Below are positions 28,750-37,883 of a stretch of 64,000 nt of DNA, one piece after another (position 1 is the first letter of the stretch; each line of letters opens with the position of its first letter). Location: assembly GCA_964513245.1 (NCBI GenBank), contig CAZELO010000003.1, positions 27,066 to 91,065 on the forward strand, given 5' to 3'. This DNA comes from an uncultured Candidatus Bathyarchaeia archaeon (lineage in GTDB: Archaea; Thermoproteota; Bathyarchaeia; Bathyarchaeales; DTEX01). Both the position numbers and the translations under genes were made by a program. The notes under the pieces are model-generated. The model had not been told where the DNA came from. It did no database searches and was given only the letters and a program-made list of their open reading frames with translations.

Positions 28750-30378
28750 TCAGCTCGAACCTGGTTTTGTTCTAGGCGCGAGCTCAGGATTAGTAGGTTC
28801 AACAAGGCTTTCAGGCTCACGAGATACAGGAATCAGCAGAGAAACCCAAAGACTTGGAGTATCGGGCTCCTTGAGTAGTATATTGATGCTATTGTCGCCG
28901 TGTTTAATGTATGTTGAATTCAAAGAGTGTTCTAAGTAGATTCCAGAGGTTACTGTGCGGAGATTCCCATGAGTTTCCACAACATTGTTGTTGAATCTGA
29001 GGGTGACCAATTCTTCTGGTTTGATTCCCAGCAGATACAGCTGAAACTTCAGCGGTCTATCCGATTGTAGGTTTTCCCCTACAGGGAAATGCAGGACTAC
29101 GTTCACGTCTTCTTCAGATGTTGATGCTATTCGGTGTTCGCAGTATTCAATTCCATATATCTTGTCAAGATTGGCGAGTTTGTGTGGGTCGCCTATCTCA
29201 GAAAATACTTCATATTTTGAGAAGAGGTGTGGAAAAAAGTTGAATAGGTATATTCCATCTGCATTGGAATCCCAGATGTTCATTGCTGCACCGCGTATCG
29301 CTTTAACTGCTCCAGCCCAGTCCCGCACTATTGCACTGGAAGACTTGATCCTGCCACTTCTCTTTGCTTGTATCCAAGATTCTTGTCCACGCCACGTTAT
29401 GTCCAGCCCTAAGTCCAGCCAGGCCCAGAGATTCCAGAAATAACACGAGACACACGGGTAAACTGGGACACCATATTTGTGACCTGTGTCAACCACATTC
29501 TTGAAAGAGGTGGAGAGTGGACTCGGAATTTCGGTTGCAGGTATAAGAATATCGACAACATCATCTTTCAACCAGTTTTCTACATCAAGCCCGATTTTAC
29601 GAGAGAATTCAAACGATGTTGGAACACGTATAGCTATTAAGAGAGGTGCACCCCGTCTCGACCCAACATCTTCGGACATGTCTCTTATGTGTTGCATAAG
29701 TTCGGTCATTACATCAAGATGCTCTTGCTGAACTGGTTTCTCATCTAGAGTTGGCGTGAAGAAAACTGGGCTTCTGAGGAAGTCCAATTCAATGCCGTCT
29801 ACAGCGTATCCTCGGCATACCTCTGCAATTAACTTGAATATGTGGTTCCTGACCTCTTCGAAGCCGTAATCTAGAAGAGTCCAAGCTTTTCTAGGCGACG
29901 TAAAAGAAATAGCCTCATACTTTTCCCAGTCGCCTGGTTTTCCCATGAGGTATTCTGGATGGTTCAGCTTGAATGGAGAAAGATGCCATCCTTCGCTTGC
30001 CCATCTTCTTGAACCCGCAGGATAGGCGTCATGCGCATCATTCATTCTTAGGGACCAGAATATCTCAAGCCCATTCTTTCGGCAGAAGTCAATTTGAATC
30101 TGAAGGTCATCACGACCGCATAGTTCGACTAGTCTCTTAGGCCATCCCTGATTGATGAAATGTCCCTCTTTTGTATTGTGGGTGAAAGCCAGCCCCGCAG
30201 CACAAGTGCAATAGAATATGGAATCCACATGCGAACCTATTAGTTGGGAAGATCTAACGTCCAAAAAGTCTTCGCAAATGTCCTTTCCAGAAGACTGTAT
30301 GTCAAATACATCGTCTCCATCATTATTGTAGATTACCCGTCTCTTGCGCCACCGCACATTTTTTTCAGGGTCAAGCAT
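28750..30378 (-). CDS. GHL10-like TIM-barrel putative glycoside hydrolase
   Basis: IYNNDGDD, SLRMNDAH, DGIELDFLR, ADGIYLFNF; close paralogue of 46300-47958. Confidence 0.72.
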   Translation of the reverse strand: MLDPEKNVRWRKRRVIYNNDGDDVFDIQSSGKDICEDFLDVRSSQLIGSHVDSIFYCTCAAGLAFTHNTKEGHFINQGWPKRLVELCGRDDLQIQIDFCRKNGLEIFWSLRMNDAHDAYPAGSRRWASEGWHLSPFKLNHPEYLMGKPGDWEKYEAISFTSPRKAWTLLDYGFEEVRNHIFKLIAEVCRGYAVDGIELDFLRSPVFFTPTLDEKPVQQEHLDVMTELMQHIRDMSEDVGSRRGAPLLIAIRVPTSFEFSRKIGLDVENWLKDDVVDILIPATEIPSPLSTSFKNVVDTGHKYGVPVYPCVSCYFWNLWAWLDLGLDITWRGQESWIQAKRSGRIKSSSAIVRDWAGAVKAIRGAAMNIWDSNADGIYLFNFFPHLFSKYEVFSEIGDPHKLANLDKIYGIEYCEHRIASTSEEDVNVVLHFPVGENLQSDRPLKFQLYLLGIKPEELVTLRFNNNVVETHGNLRTVTSGIYLEHSLNSTYIKHGDNSINILLKEPDTPSLWVSLLIPVSREPESLVEPTNPELAPRTKPGSS

Positions 30379-30529
30379 GGCATTAACCTCTAGTTCTGGT
30401 CAATCGAACGAGAATTCGGGACCAAATCTATTTATGTCTATTGGCTTGAAACCAGTGCAGAATGCAGGCGGCTCGGGGTCTAACGGAAAATCATTATGCT
30501 CTGGGTCCGTGAAATAGGGTCGGCAACAA

Positions 30530-30760
30530 TCGAATGTTCGTCTAGGCTACACTCTTGCCCTTCTTCCAGTGCAAGCCCTTCTTCGGCTATGAGCTACATA
30601 TTCTCGTCGACGCACGATTCGAGCTGCCAATTGCTTTCAGGGTCACGTCGGGCAATGTTCACGACAGCCGAGAGTGCCAGAGCCTATCGGAAGATGCTGA
30701 GGAAGCGAAGCCTGAACGTGCTTACGGGATGCTACCTACAACTCGAAGAATATAGTTTGA
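30530..30760 (+). pseudogene. Degraded DDE transposase fragment (IS4/IS5/IS1182-like)
   Basis: FFGYELHILVDA..ELPIAFRVTSGNVHDS matches the GYKLH...T.AN.HD transposase core; upstream RLGY and downstream (G)DATYNSKNI lie in shifted frames. Confidence 0.7.
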
Positions 30761-30812
30761 TTGAATTTTATAGAAAGACAGGTTGTGAAAAAAATAGTTT
30801 AGGAGGGGCAGT

Positions 30813-31487
30813 TCACTTCTCCAGTATTGTTAGGCGGATTATTCTGAATGAGTAGTGTATGTCGTCGGGGTATGGTTCAATGCTGGCGCCTCCCACTTCG
30901 CTTCCACCCATGATTCTAACTTTTCGGCACTTGGGAATCTCAAAGTGGGCAGAACTCATACCAGCCATCCAGTAAGTGACAGGGTTAACATCTATACCGA
31001 CGAGGTCTCCTCTTATGTGCATGCCCCATAGGTTGTTGACCCGCATCCTAACTGGAGGGTGCACTATCGGCTTTTTCTTGTAATACTTCATAATTTCTAT
31101 GGTAGCCTCAGAAGGTTCGTCAAGTTCTGCTATTGGTTCACCTTCGATCATAACCCAGCCTGGCGGAGAACAGGCGCTTCCTATGATCGTGACGCCCACT
31201 ATCGGCGACTCCTCCTCGATATCGATGTATCCCACCGGCGGCGGGTCCAATTCAACCCCATGCATCTCGGTCCAATACGTGGTTCTGATCTTCACGTTGG
31301 GATAGTTGAAGGGCCATCGATATTCGTACTCGACACGGTTCAGCCTCTCCTTCTGCATCACCTTCTTCGCTTTAGGATGCACCTTAATCTCGGGTTTCAG
31401 ATCGTAGAGCCGCCATCCAGCAGAAGTTACTGTATGCCACTTCTCTTCCTCTTTCTCAGGTTTAGCCATTCTTAAGCCCCTTGACAT
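30813..31487 (-). CDS. Hypothetical protein
   Basis: About 220-aa open frame with a TATA-like TTTTATAAG upstream; no family recognised. Confidence 0.6.
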   Translation of the reverse strand: MSRGLRMAKPEKEEEKWHTVTSAGWRLYDLKPEIKVHPKAKKVMQKERLNRVEYEYRWPFNYPNVKIRTTYWTEMHGVELDPPPVGYIDIEEESPIVGVTIIGSACSPPGWVMIEGEPIAELDEPSEATIEIMKYYKKKPIVHPPVRMRVNNLWGMHIRGDLVGIDVNPVTYWMAGMSSAHFEIPKCRKVRIMGGSEVGGASIEPYPDDIHYSFRIIRLTILEK

Positions 31488-31618
31488 CTAGTGTTGCAGT
31501 TGGTTAACACGGAAGCTCTTATAAAACTTGCTATTTGTGGTTCTGTCAGATCTTAGTCGAACAGAAATCACTGTGAACTATCTCAGAACGGGAAGACATA
31601 TGTTCTTATCGAGTTATT

Positions 31619-32725
31619 TTACAGTTTTATAGGATATCTTCCGTATTTCTCTGCGGCTTTCATGAATGTTTCAATGTTCTCTATTGGTACCGGCCAGTTG
31701 CACAGGTCAACTGACAGTTCGAAGCCGCCGCCTGGGGCGCCATCTCTCATGGCTCTTTTCACGTTCTCCGCTACAGTTTGGGGGGTCCCATGCGTGATCA
31801 CAGACATGTTGTCGATGAAGGCACTGATGAATACTTTGTGCCCGATGCACCTCTTAAGGTCCTTTACGGTGTGGTACATTTCCCTCGTATCTCCGAGAAA
31901 AGAGGCCACCCCCATTTCCAGCAGGAAGGGCAAATGCTTCGCCGTCAATGACTCGGAATGGTAATTTCGGTCTCCGTCAAAGGTCTCGTATATTCTCTTA
32001 TTATAGGGTAAGACAAACTCTTCGTAGAGCCTCGGCGACAGATATCCCGCGAAATCGTCGGCCATGCCTATGGACTTCTCTCGTTCTGGATTATCATTCA
32101 ACTCTTCGCCTATCCTTATTTGCGCTATGGCGGCATCTGTTATGAACCTAAGCAGTTTGTGGACCATTTCCGGGTTCCTGCCGATGTCCGCTAGGAGCGG
32201 AAGTAGTCCTCTGAGAAGGGCGGCTGTGGTGAAGGGACCCTGGGACCCGCGGGGTATGGGATAACCTACAGGGTACTTGTTACCTACCTTTTTTTTCACG
32301 TAGTTGTATCTCTTGAACATCTCCGGCATCAACCCGTCCTTTAGAGGGTCAGGAGCCTCTAGCTTGTCAATATCTTCTAGACTTTTGATGAGGGGTTCCT
32401 TTATCTGGTAGATAGCGTTTTCATTGTAGAACATCTTACAGCCGAAGGTGGAGGCCTGAGTTAGACCGCCTAACCCGTAATCTATGCTTCTCACTTCTCC
32501 GAGGAACTTTTTCTGAACTTTGATGTTTGCCTCGATCGTCCTGTCTAGATTAGCGTAGTACTCGCCTACTGTCATTCCGATGTAACCAGCGATGAATTCT
32601 CGTTCTACATAAAAGTCGTAAGGGACCTGATCAGGCTCCTCAAGTTTCTTAGCAACCTCTAACGCGGTCTTGTGCACCCGCCTTAATGTACGTGCGCCTT
32701 TAGCTAAAGTCCACATTTCGAACAC
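31619..32725 (-). CDS. URO-D/MtaA-CmuA-like TIM-barrel protein
   Basis: EPDQVP, PDP.KDG.MP, QGPFTTAALLRG, P..VHKLL, DDFAG.LSP.LYEEFVLPY, GTP, APGGGF, PIENI. Confidence 0.83.
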   Translation of the reverse strand: MFEMWTLAKGARTLRRVHKTALEVAKKLEEPDQVPYDFYVEREFIAGYIGMTVGEYYANLDRTIEANIKVQKKFLGEVRSIDYGLGGLTQASTFGCKMFYNENAIYQIKEPLIKSLEDIDKLEAPDPLKDGLMPEMFKRYNYVKKKVGNKYPVGYPIPRGSQGPFTTAALLRGLLPLLADIGRNPEMVHKLLRFITDAAIAQIRIGEELNDNPEREKSIGMADDFAGYLSPRLYEEFVLPYNKRIYETFDGDRNYHSESLTAKHLPFLLEMGVASFLGDTREMYHTVKDLKRCIGHKVFISAFIDNMSVITHGTPQTVAENVKRAMRDGAPGGGFELSVDLCNWPVPIENIETFMKAAEKYGRYPIKL

Positions 32726-33067
32726 CTTATGCCTTTACCCATTTTTGAGATCAACAATGCTTATGCTCTATTTCAACATTGCATATGCGTCGTACTAACT
32801 GATTGTTTGCATTTCCATATTTATCTTGCGTTTATCATCCACAGTTTGCTTCTGATTAGCGGCGTTGTATCCCTCACTTTATGTAGGAGAAGGTGAACCG
32901 CCTGCACTGCGTTTTGAAGGGAAGTTTTGGCGAAGGTTCTAATGACTAATCAAGATAGAGGGGCATATTCCCAGCGTTGACCATCAAGTCCCATACGAGT
33001 TCTCGCTTGACAACTATCTCTACTACCTAAAAATTATTGTAAACGTGAAGCAAAACTCATGTTGATT

Positions 33068-34261
33068 CTATTTTATTGGGTATTTGCCGTTCACTCTAGC
33101 AGCTTCAAAGTAGGCTTTCAAATTTTCTGGTGGCAGCTTGTCATCGAAGTGTTCGATGTTTCCTAGAATGAAACCGCCGCCAGGAGCCGCTGTTTGAATA
33201 GCCTTCCTAACCGCTTCCATGACAGTCTCAGGGGTCCCAGCCTTAACCACTCTTACGTTATCTATGTAACCGTGAAGGCAGATCTTGTCGCCAACTTTCT
33301 CCTTGAGCGCGACTAGGTTTGCATCTCCCAGCGGCGGGGGAGATATCGTTGTGAGGACGTCGACTCCGGCATCAGCTAACGATTCAGCACAGTGCATTAT
33401 TGGACCGTCATCGTAGTGGTGATAAATGGCGTCGTAGCTGTGCACTAAATTGACGTGGTCCTTGACGAGTGGAAGGATGAGCTCTCGCCATATTTTCGGC
33501 GACCATCCGACATTTGGGGTCATCCAGAAATAGTTTGCCCAGATGCCTTCTAGCCCAGCCTCAAGCATCGCCCTCGTCTCAGCCATGGTGAAGTTGTGGA
33601 GGGTCTTTAGGAACTCTTCTAAGAAATCCCTGTTTCTATAATAGTCCACCATTAGGTCGCTGATGTTTCGAATCCATCCAGCTTTGTCGCTAGCACCCCA
33701 AATGTTGCCTTCAACCAAGCCGTTATCTCCAACAGCGTTCTTCACTGCCGTGAAATCAGGCAGCTTCAGTTGTGACAGGTCTGGAATGAGATACCTTATC
33801 TTGTCAAGGTCCTCAGGTCCCTTAACTAAGTTTTCTAGACGTATCGGATCTGGGCTAAGCTCGAATTTCTGGCCCGTAAGCTGCTTGAACTTATCGGTGA
33901 GGATGCCTGCCGGTGTTTCAAAGCGTCTGTCTATGATTACGTGATCGGGAAACCTCTGCACTTCCATTCTTACTGAGACATTTTCTTGGTTAGGTATCGT
34001 CCAGCTCGGCATTTGAGGGCTTATGAACATCCAGCCGCGACTGACCCACGACAAGGTACGGATATTTCCAGCATAATTGGGGACGCCCGGTCCAAGCCTG
34101 ATGATCGGGTCGAAGTCGAGTTTCTTAGCGAGTTCAAGTTGATGCATCCAGCATCGGCAGCCATAGTAGGCGTCAAGTAATCCACCGACTCTGGGAGAAA
34201 CTGGAACGGTGTCGGATTCCTTATGCCTTATTGCTGTAAGAAGTCTTTCACGAGGCGTCAT
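33068..34261 (-). CDS. URO-D/MtaA-CmuA-like TIM-barrel protein
   Basis: MTPRERLL.AI, D.VPVSP, ETPAG.LT, PPPLGD, GTPE, APGGGFIL, PENL.AYFEA. Confidence 0.83.
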   Translation of the reverse strand: MTPRERLLTAIRHKESDTVPVSPRVGGLLDAYYGCRCWMHQLELAKKLDFDPIIRLGPGVPNYAGNIRTLSWVSRGWMFISPQMPSWTIPNQENVSVRMEVQRFPDHVIIDRRFETPAGILTDKFKQLTGQKFELSPDPIRLENLVKGPEDLDKIRYLIPDLSQLKLPDFTAVKNAVGDNGLVEGNIWGASDKAGWIRNISDLMVDYYRNRDFLEEFLKTLHNFTMAETRAMLEAGLEGIWANYFWMTPNVGWSPKIWRELILPLVKDHVNLVHSYDAIYHHYDDGPIMHCAESLADAGVDVLTTISPPPLGDANLVALKEKVGDKICLHGYIDNVRVVKAGTPETVMEAVRKAIQTAAPGGGFILGNIEHFDDKLPPENLKAYFEAARVNGKYPIK

Positions 34262-34299
34262 AACGTTGCTTATGAATTGTTCCCCCTCGCGTTGGATTG

Positions 34300-35121
34300 C
34301 TATTTGTTCTCTACGCGAGATAATGCTTCCTTTACTTTTTGCATATTCTCTTTAACCCAACAGTGTATTATCTCAATGTCTGTTCCAATGCAAAAGTCCT
34401 TAGCGCCTAGGTCGATATACTTTTGGACGTCTTCTTTTGTGAATCCCCAGCCTAATTCTATTCTGGGTCTAATACCCATGTTAATAGCGGTTTTGATTAC
34501 TTTTAGTTCAGCTTCCTTCACTTTTGGGTGGTTCCATCTGCCTGGGACTCCTATACTGATAGAATAGTCACAGGGACCAAATTGAACCATGTCGATCCCT
34601 TTCACTGCCAGTATTTCTTCCAAGTTTTCAACCGCAGACTTCTTCTCAATCATGAATGCGATCACTGCATCGTTCATCGCTTCTACATATTTCTTGGAGC
34701 CGATTTCTAACAAGTATCCGACACTTCTTCTCATGTGGCAACCATTGAGTCCTTTTGCTTCCGGAGTTTCTGCCTTAACTGACTTGACGCATAGCTCAGC
34801 GTCTTCAACGCTTCTGATGTCGGCGAAGAGCAAGTTTTGTATGCCGGAACCCAACGCTCTCGTTGCCAAGAAAGTTCTCGGTTCTTGGTCCACCTTCATC
34901 ATTGAAGAGATTCCTGTTAACTCGCATGCGCGGGCCATATTCTCTAGATCGTGCAGATCGAATGGTCCGTATTCTGCGCAGAACTCTATGTAATCGATCT
35001 CTCTTGTGTGTCCAATGACTTCAGCTATACCGGGCCATACACAAACAGTATGGGTTCCAATCGTGGGTTTGCCTTGCTTAATTAACTCGCGCATCTTATT
35101 TTCTCGCAATCTGAACACCAT
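34300..35121 (-). CDS. HpcH/HpaI aldolase family protein (divergent)
   Basis: G.PTIGT, MIEKKSAVENLEEIL.V.GIDMVQFGPCDYS.S.G. Confidence 0.85.
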   Translation of the reverse strand: MVFRLRENKMRELIKQGKPTIGTHTVCVWPGIAEVIGHTREIDYIEFCAEYGPFDLHDLENMARACELTGISSMMKVDQEPRTFLATRALGSGIQNLLFADIRSVEDAELCVKSVKAETPEAKGLNGCHMRRSVGYLLEIGSKKYVEAMNDAVIAFMIEKKSAVENLEEILAVKGIDMVQFGPCDYSISIGVPGRWNHPKVKEAELKVIKTAINMGIRPRIELGWGFTKEDVQKYIDLGAKDFCIGTDIEIIHCWVKENMQKVKEALSRVENK

Positions 35122-35181
35122 TTTCCAATATTGTAAACTAATGCATAACTTGTTTTTCTTTCTTTTATTTTTTGGTGTCCT

Positions 35182-37755
35182 ATGATGAGGGGAAAAATCT
35201 TTATTGATCCAATTTCATTAACAGCTCAGGACATGAATTGGGGGCAGATCCATATGAATGGTGAAGGCTCTTTGGAAGAATTTCTTTCGTCTGTTCTCGA
35301 TCCGAAGAAGACGTTGACGATACATGTGATTCCGCAGTCTCACATAGATCTGGCTTGGAATTGGCGATGGGCAGACACCGTGAAGATGATCCACGATACG
35401 CTGGAGGGTCATGCATCAATCCTTGAGGGTAACCCTGATGCCACGTACGCACAAAGCCAGATACACGTCTATTGGTTGACTGAAGAATATTTTCCCAGCC
35501 TCTTCAAAAGGATCAAGAAACTGGTGAAGCAGGGACGATGGGAGATAGTTGGCGGCGAATGGGTCGAAACGGATCATCATATTCCATCCGGCGAATCTCT
35601 TGTAAGGCATTTTCTGACTGGACAAACATATCTCCGAGAAAGATTTGGAAAGCAGGCGCAGACCGGCTGGGCTCCAGACGCTTTTGGGCACTCGCCGAAC
35701 CTCCCCCAAATAATGTTGAAGAGCGGCATACAGGCGTTCATCTTCAAGCGTCCGAGAGAGAAATTTATGAAATTGCCAGAGGTTCCTTTTTGGTGGATAG
35801 GTCTAGACGGTTCGAAGATCCTAAGCTTGAGAGTCAACAACAAGGGAAAGGGTCTTCCCCGAGTGTCTGAGGGACGCGTATTGCCTCCTGCTATGAATGA
35901 AGTGACTTATTTGCAGGGCGAATTTGAGAAACTGGGGCTTCACAATCTCTGGGGGCCTCTGGGTGTAGGCGATGTTGGCGGCGTGAACGAGTACCCTGCT
36001 GCAATAAAAAAGAAAACATGGAGCTTGATATGTAGCACTCCGTCCCGCTTCATAGAAGAGACAAAGAAGGAGATGGGCAAGCTCCCTGAAGTGAAGGGTG
36101 AACTCGACGGAATTAATGTTGGAACTTACACGACCCACATGGATATGAAAGAAGGAAACAGAAAAGTTGAGAACCAACTGTTCATCACCGAATTCTTGGC
36201 TTCGCTGGCAATGATTTACGGACAACCATATCCTGAAGAAGAGCTGAAGGAGCTGTGGAGACGTTTTCTTTTCAATCATTTCCACGACATAATCGCCGGT
36301 ACGTCTATTCCAGAGGTCCATGTGGAATCTGGGCACGACTTTTTTGAGGTTGTCAGTGGCGGCGAAGATTTGGAAAGGCGTTCTCTGTGGTTTTTGACCG
36401 GAAAGATAGACACCAATGGTTCTGGGAAACCCATCGTTGTCTTCAATCCCCTCAGTTGGGAACGCACTGATCTCGTGGAGACCGAAGTCGACAAAATCGA
36501 GGACGCTGAAGCATTGGAGATCGTTGATATTGACGGGAACACGAGCCCCGTTCAGGTGCTTGAACAAAGAAGGTTCCAAGGATGGAAACGCCAAAGAATT
36601 CTATTTGTCGCCAAAAATGTTCCCTCTTTAGGATACAAGGCGATGTGGCTCAGACCTGCTGAACGTGCCGCGAAAAAAAGAGCCATTCACAGAAACATCG
36701 CTGAAAACGAGTATTTCAGGATTGTCGGAGACTCAAAGACGGGATACGTCTCTTCAATTTTGGACAAGCGGCATAACAAAGAAATTATCGAACCGGGCAA
36801 GGCTGCTTGCCGCTGGCTCATATTCGAAGAGGGGCTGTACGTGCAAGACTATGATCAGGACATGAGAGCATGGAACTTCGGTCTAACAGGTCACGTAGAT
36901 GAAGCTGAGAAGACGATGGTACCGACCTTGACGGAGGAGGGACCTTTACGTACGACCCTTTGCATGGAGCACAAGTTCGGGAACTCGCAGTTCAAACAAA
37001 GAGCCCACATCTATGACGAATTGCCCAGAATAGACGTAACCGCAAGTGTACAATGGGAAGAAATAGAAAAACTCGCCAGACTGGACTTTCCGTTCAACAT
37101 CAGCGCCGCAAAGTTGATGGCTGAAATACCCTTCGGCGTCTTAAAAAAAGAGACCAACGGTTCTGAATTCGCCGCCCAAAAATGGGTAGACATATCAAAT
37201 GAGGCAGAGGGAATAGCATTGCTTAATAACGCCCGTTATGGGCACAGCGCCGAAGGCAACAGCGTCAGAATCAGCGTTCTCCGTTGCTCCACTCAGCCAG
37301 ATCCCCGGTCTGACCGAGGCAAATACGAATTCAAATATGCCATATACCCGCATTCAGGCTCTTGGGATGAAGCTGACATTCACAGGCGGGGTTGCGAGTT
37401 CAACATACCCCTTATCGGTGTCGAAGCAACCGTCCATGAAGGGGATATGCCTCCTCAATTCTCGCTGGCATCGGTTGACTCCCACAAAATCGTCATCTCT
37501 GCGCTAAAAAAAGCCGAAAAAAGCGATGAACTAATCCTTCGACTTTATGAGACCACTGGAACCGCGCTCACTTCAAAAATAAGATTTGCCGCTGAGTGGC
37601 AAAAGTCAAACCTGAAGGAGACAAACCTCATCGAAGACCAAACCTCAGCATTCAGCGCAACGAATGGAGAATTCAATGTTAGATGGTCTCCTTTCGAAAT
37701 CAAAACCTTTCAAATCAAGCCTCCAACTGGAACCAAACAGACGACCAAAAGGTAA
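35182..37755 (+). CDS. GH38 alpha-mannosidase family protein
   Basis: QSHIDLAWNW, GRWEIVGGEWVETD, GESLVR, WAPDAFGH (nucleophile), FHDIIAGTSI, VFNPLSWER, LRLYE and PFEIKT. Confidence 0.92.
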   Translation: MMRGKIFIDPISLTAQDMNWGQIHMNGEGSLEEFLSSVLDPKKTLTIHVIPQSHIDLAWNWRWADTVKMIHDTLEGHASILEGNPDATYAQSQIHVYWLTEEYFPSLFKRIKKLVKQGRWEIVGGEWVETDHHIPSGESLVRHFLTGQTYLRERFGKQAQTGWAPDAFGHSPNLPQIMLKSGIQAFIFKRPREKFMKLPEVPFWWIGLDGSKILSLRVNNKGKGLPRVSEGRVLPPAMNEVTYLQGEFEKLGLHNLWGPLGVGDVGGVNEYPAAIKKKTWSLICSTPSRFIEETKKEMGKLPEVKGELDGINVGTYTTHMDMKEGNRKVENQLFITEFLASLAMIYGQPYPEEELKELWRRFLFNHFHDIIAGTSIPEVHVESGHDFFEVVSGGEDLERRSLWFLTGKIDTNGSGKPIVVFNPLSWERTDLVETEVDKIEDAEALEIVDIDGNTSPVQVLEQRRFQGWKRQRILFVAKNVPSLGYKAMWLRPAERAAKKRAIHRNIAENEYFRIVGDSKTGYVSSILDKRHNKEIIEPGKAACRWLIFEEGLYVQDYDQDMRAWNFGLTGHVDEAEKTMVPTLTEEGPLRTTLCMEHKFGNSQFKQRAHIYDELPRIDVTASVQWEEIEKLARLDFPFNISAAKLMAEIPFGVLKKETNGSEFAAQKWVDISNEAEGIALLNNARYGHSAEGNSVRISVLRCSTQPDPRSDRGKYEFKYAIYPHSGSWDEADIHRRGCEFNIPLIGVEATVHEGDMPPQFSLASVDSHKIVISALKKAEKSDELILRLYETTGTALTSKIRFAAEWQKSNLKETNLIEDQTSAFSATNGEFNVRWSPFEIKTFQIKPPTGTKQTTKR

Positions 37756-37883
37756 TCAGATGCCAAAAAAGAATAACGCGGAGACTAAGGCTTGCTCACA
37801 ACGCGAGTAGGCAACGTTGTGTTTCTTCAGAGGATTCTACGCATCTCTCTCATCGTGTTTGAGACAAGACTGGCAAATGCGAA

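Noticed and set aside
27398-34261. Calling the URO-D-like genes hemE or mtaA
   Set aside because: They lack the HemE RQAGR motif and a full MtaA HxC...C zinc set; three divergent copies in a sugar context.
35821-36594. Long antisense ORFs (also 2942-3529, 51573-52376 and many shorter ones)
   Set aside because: They lie opposite well-supported genes and have no recognisable motifs; treated as shadow ORFs.
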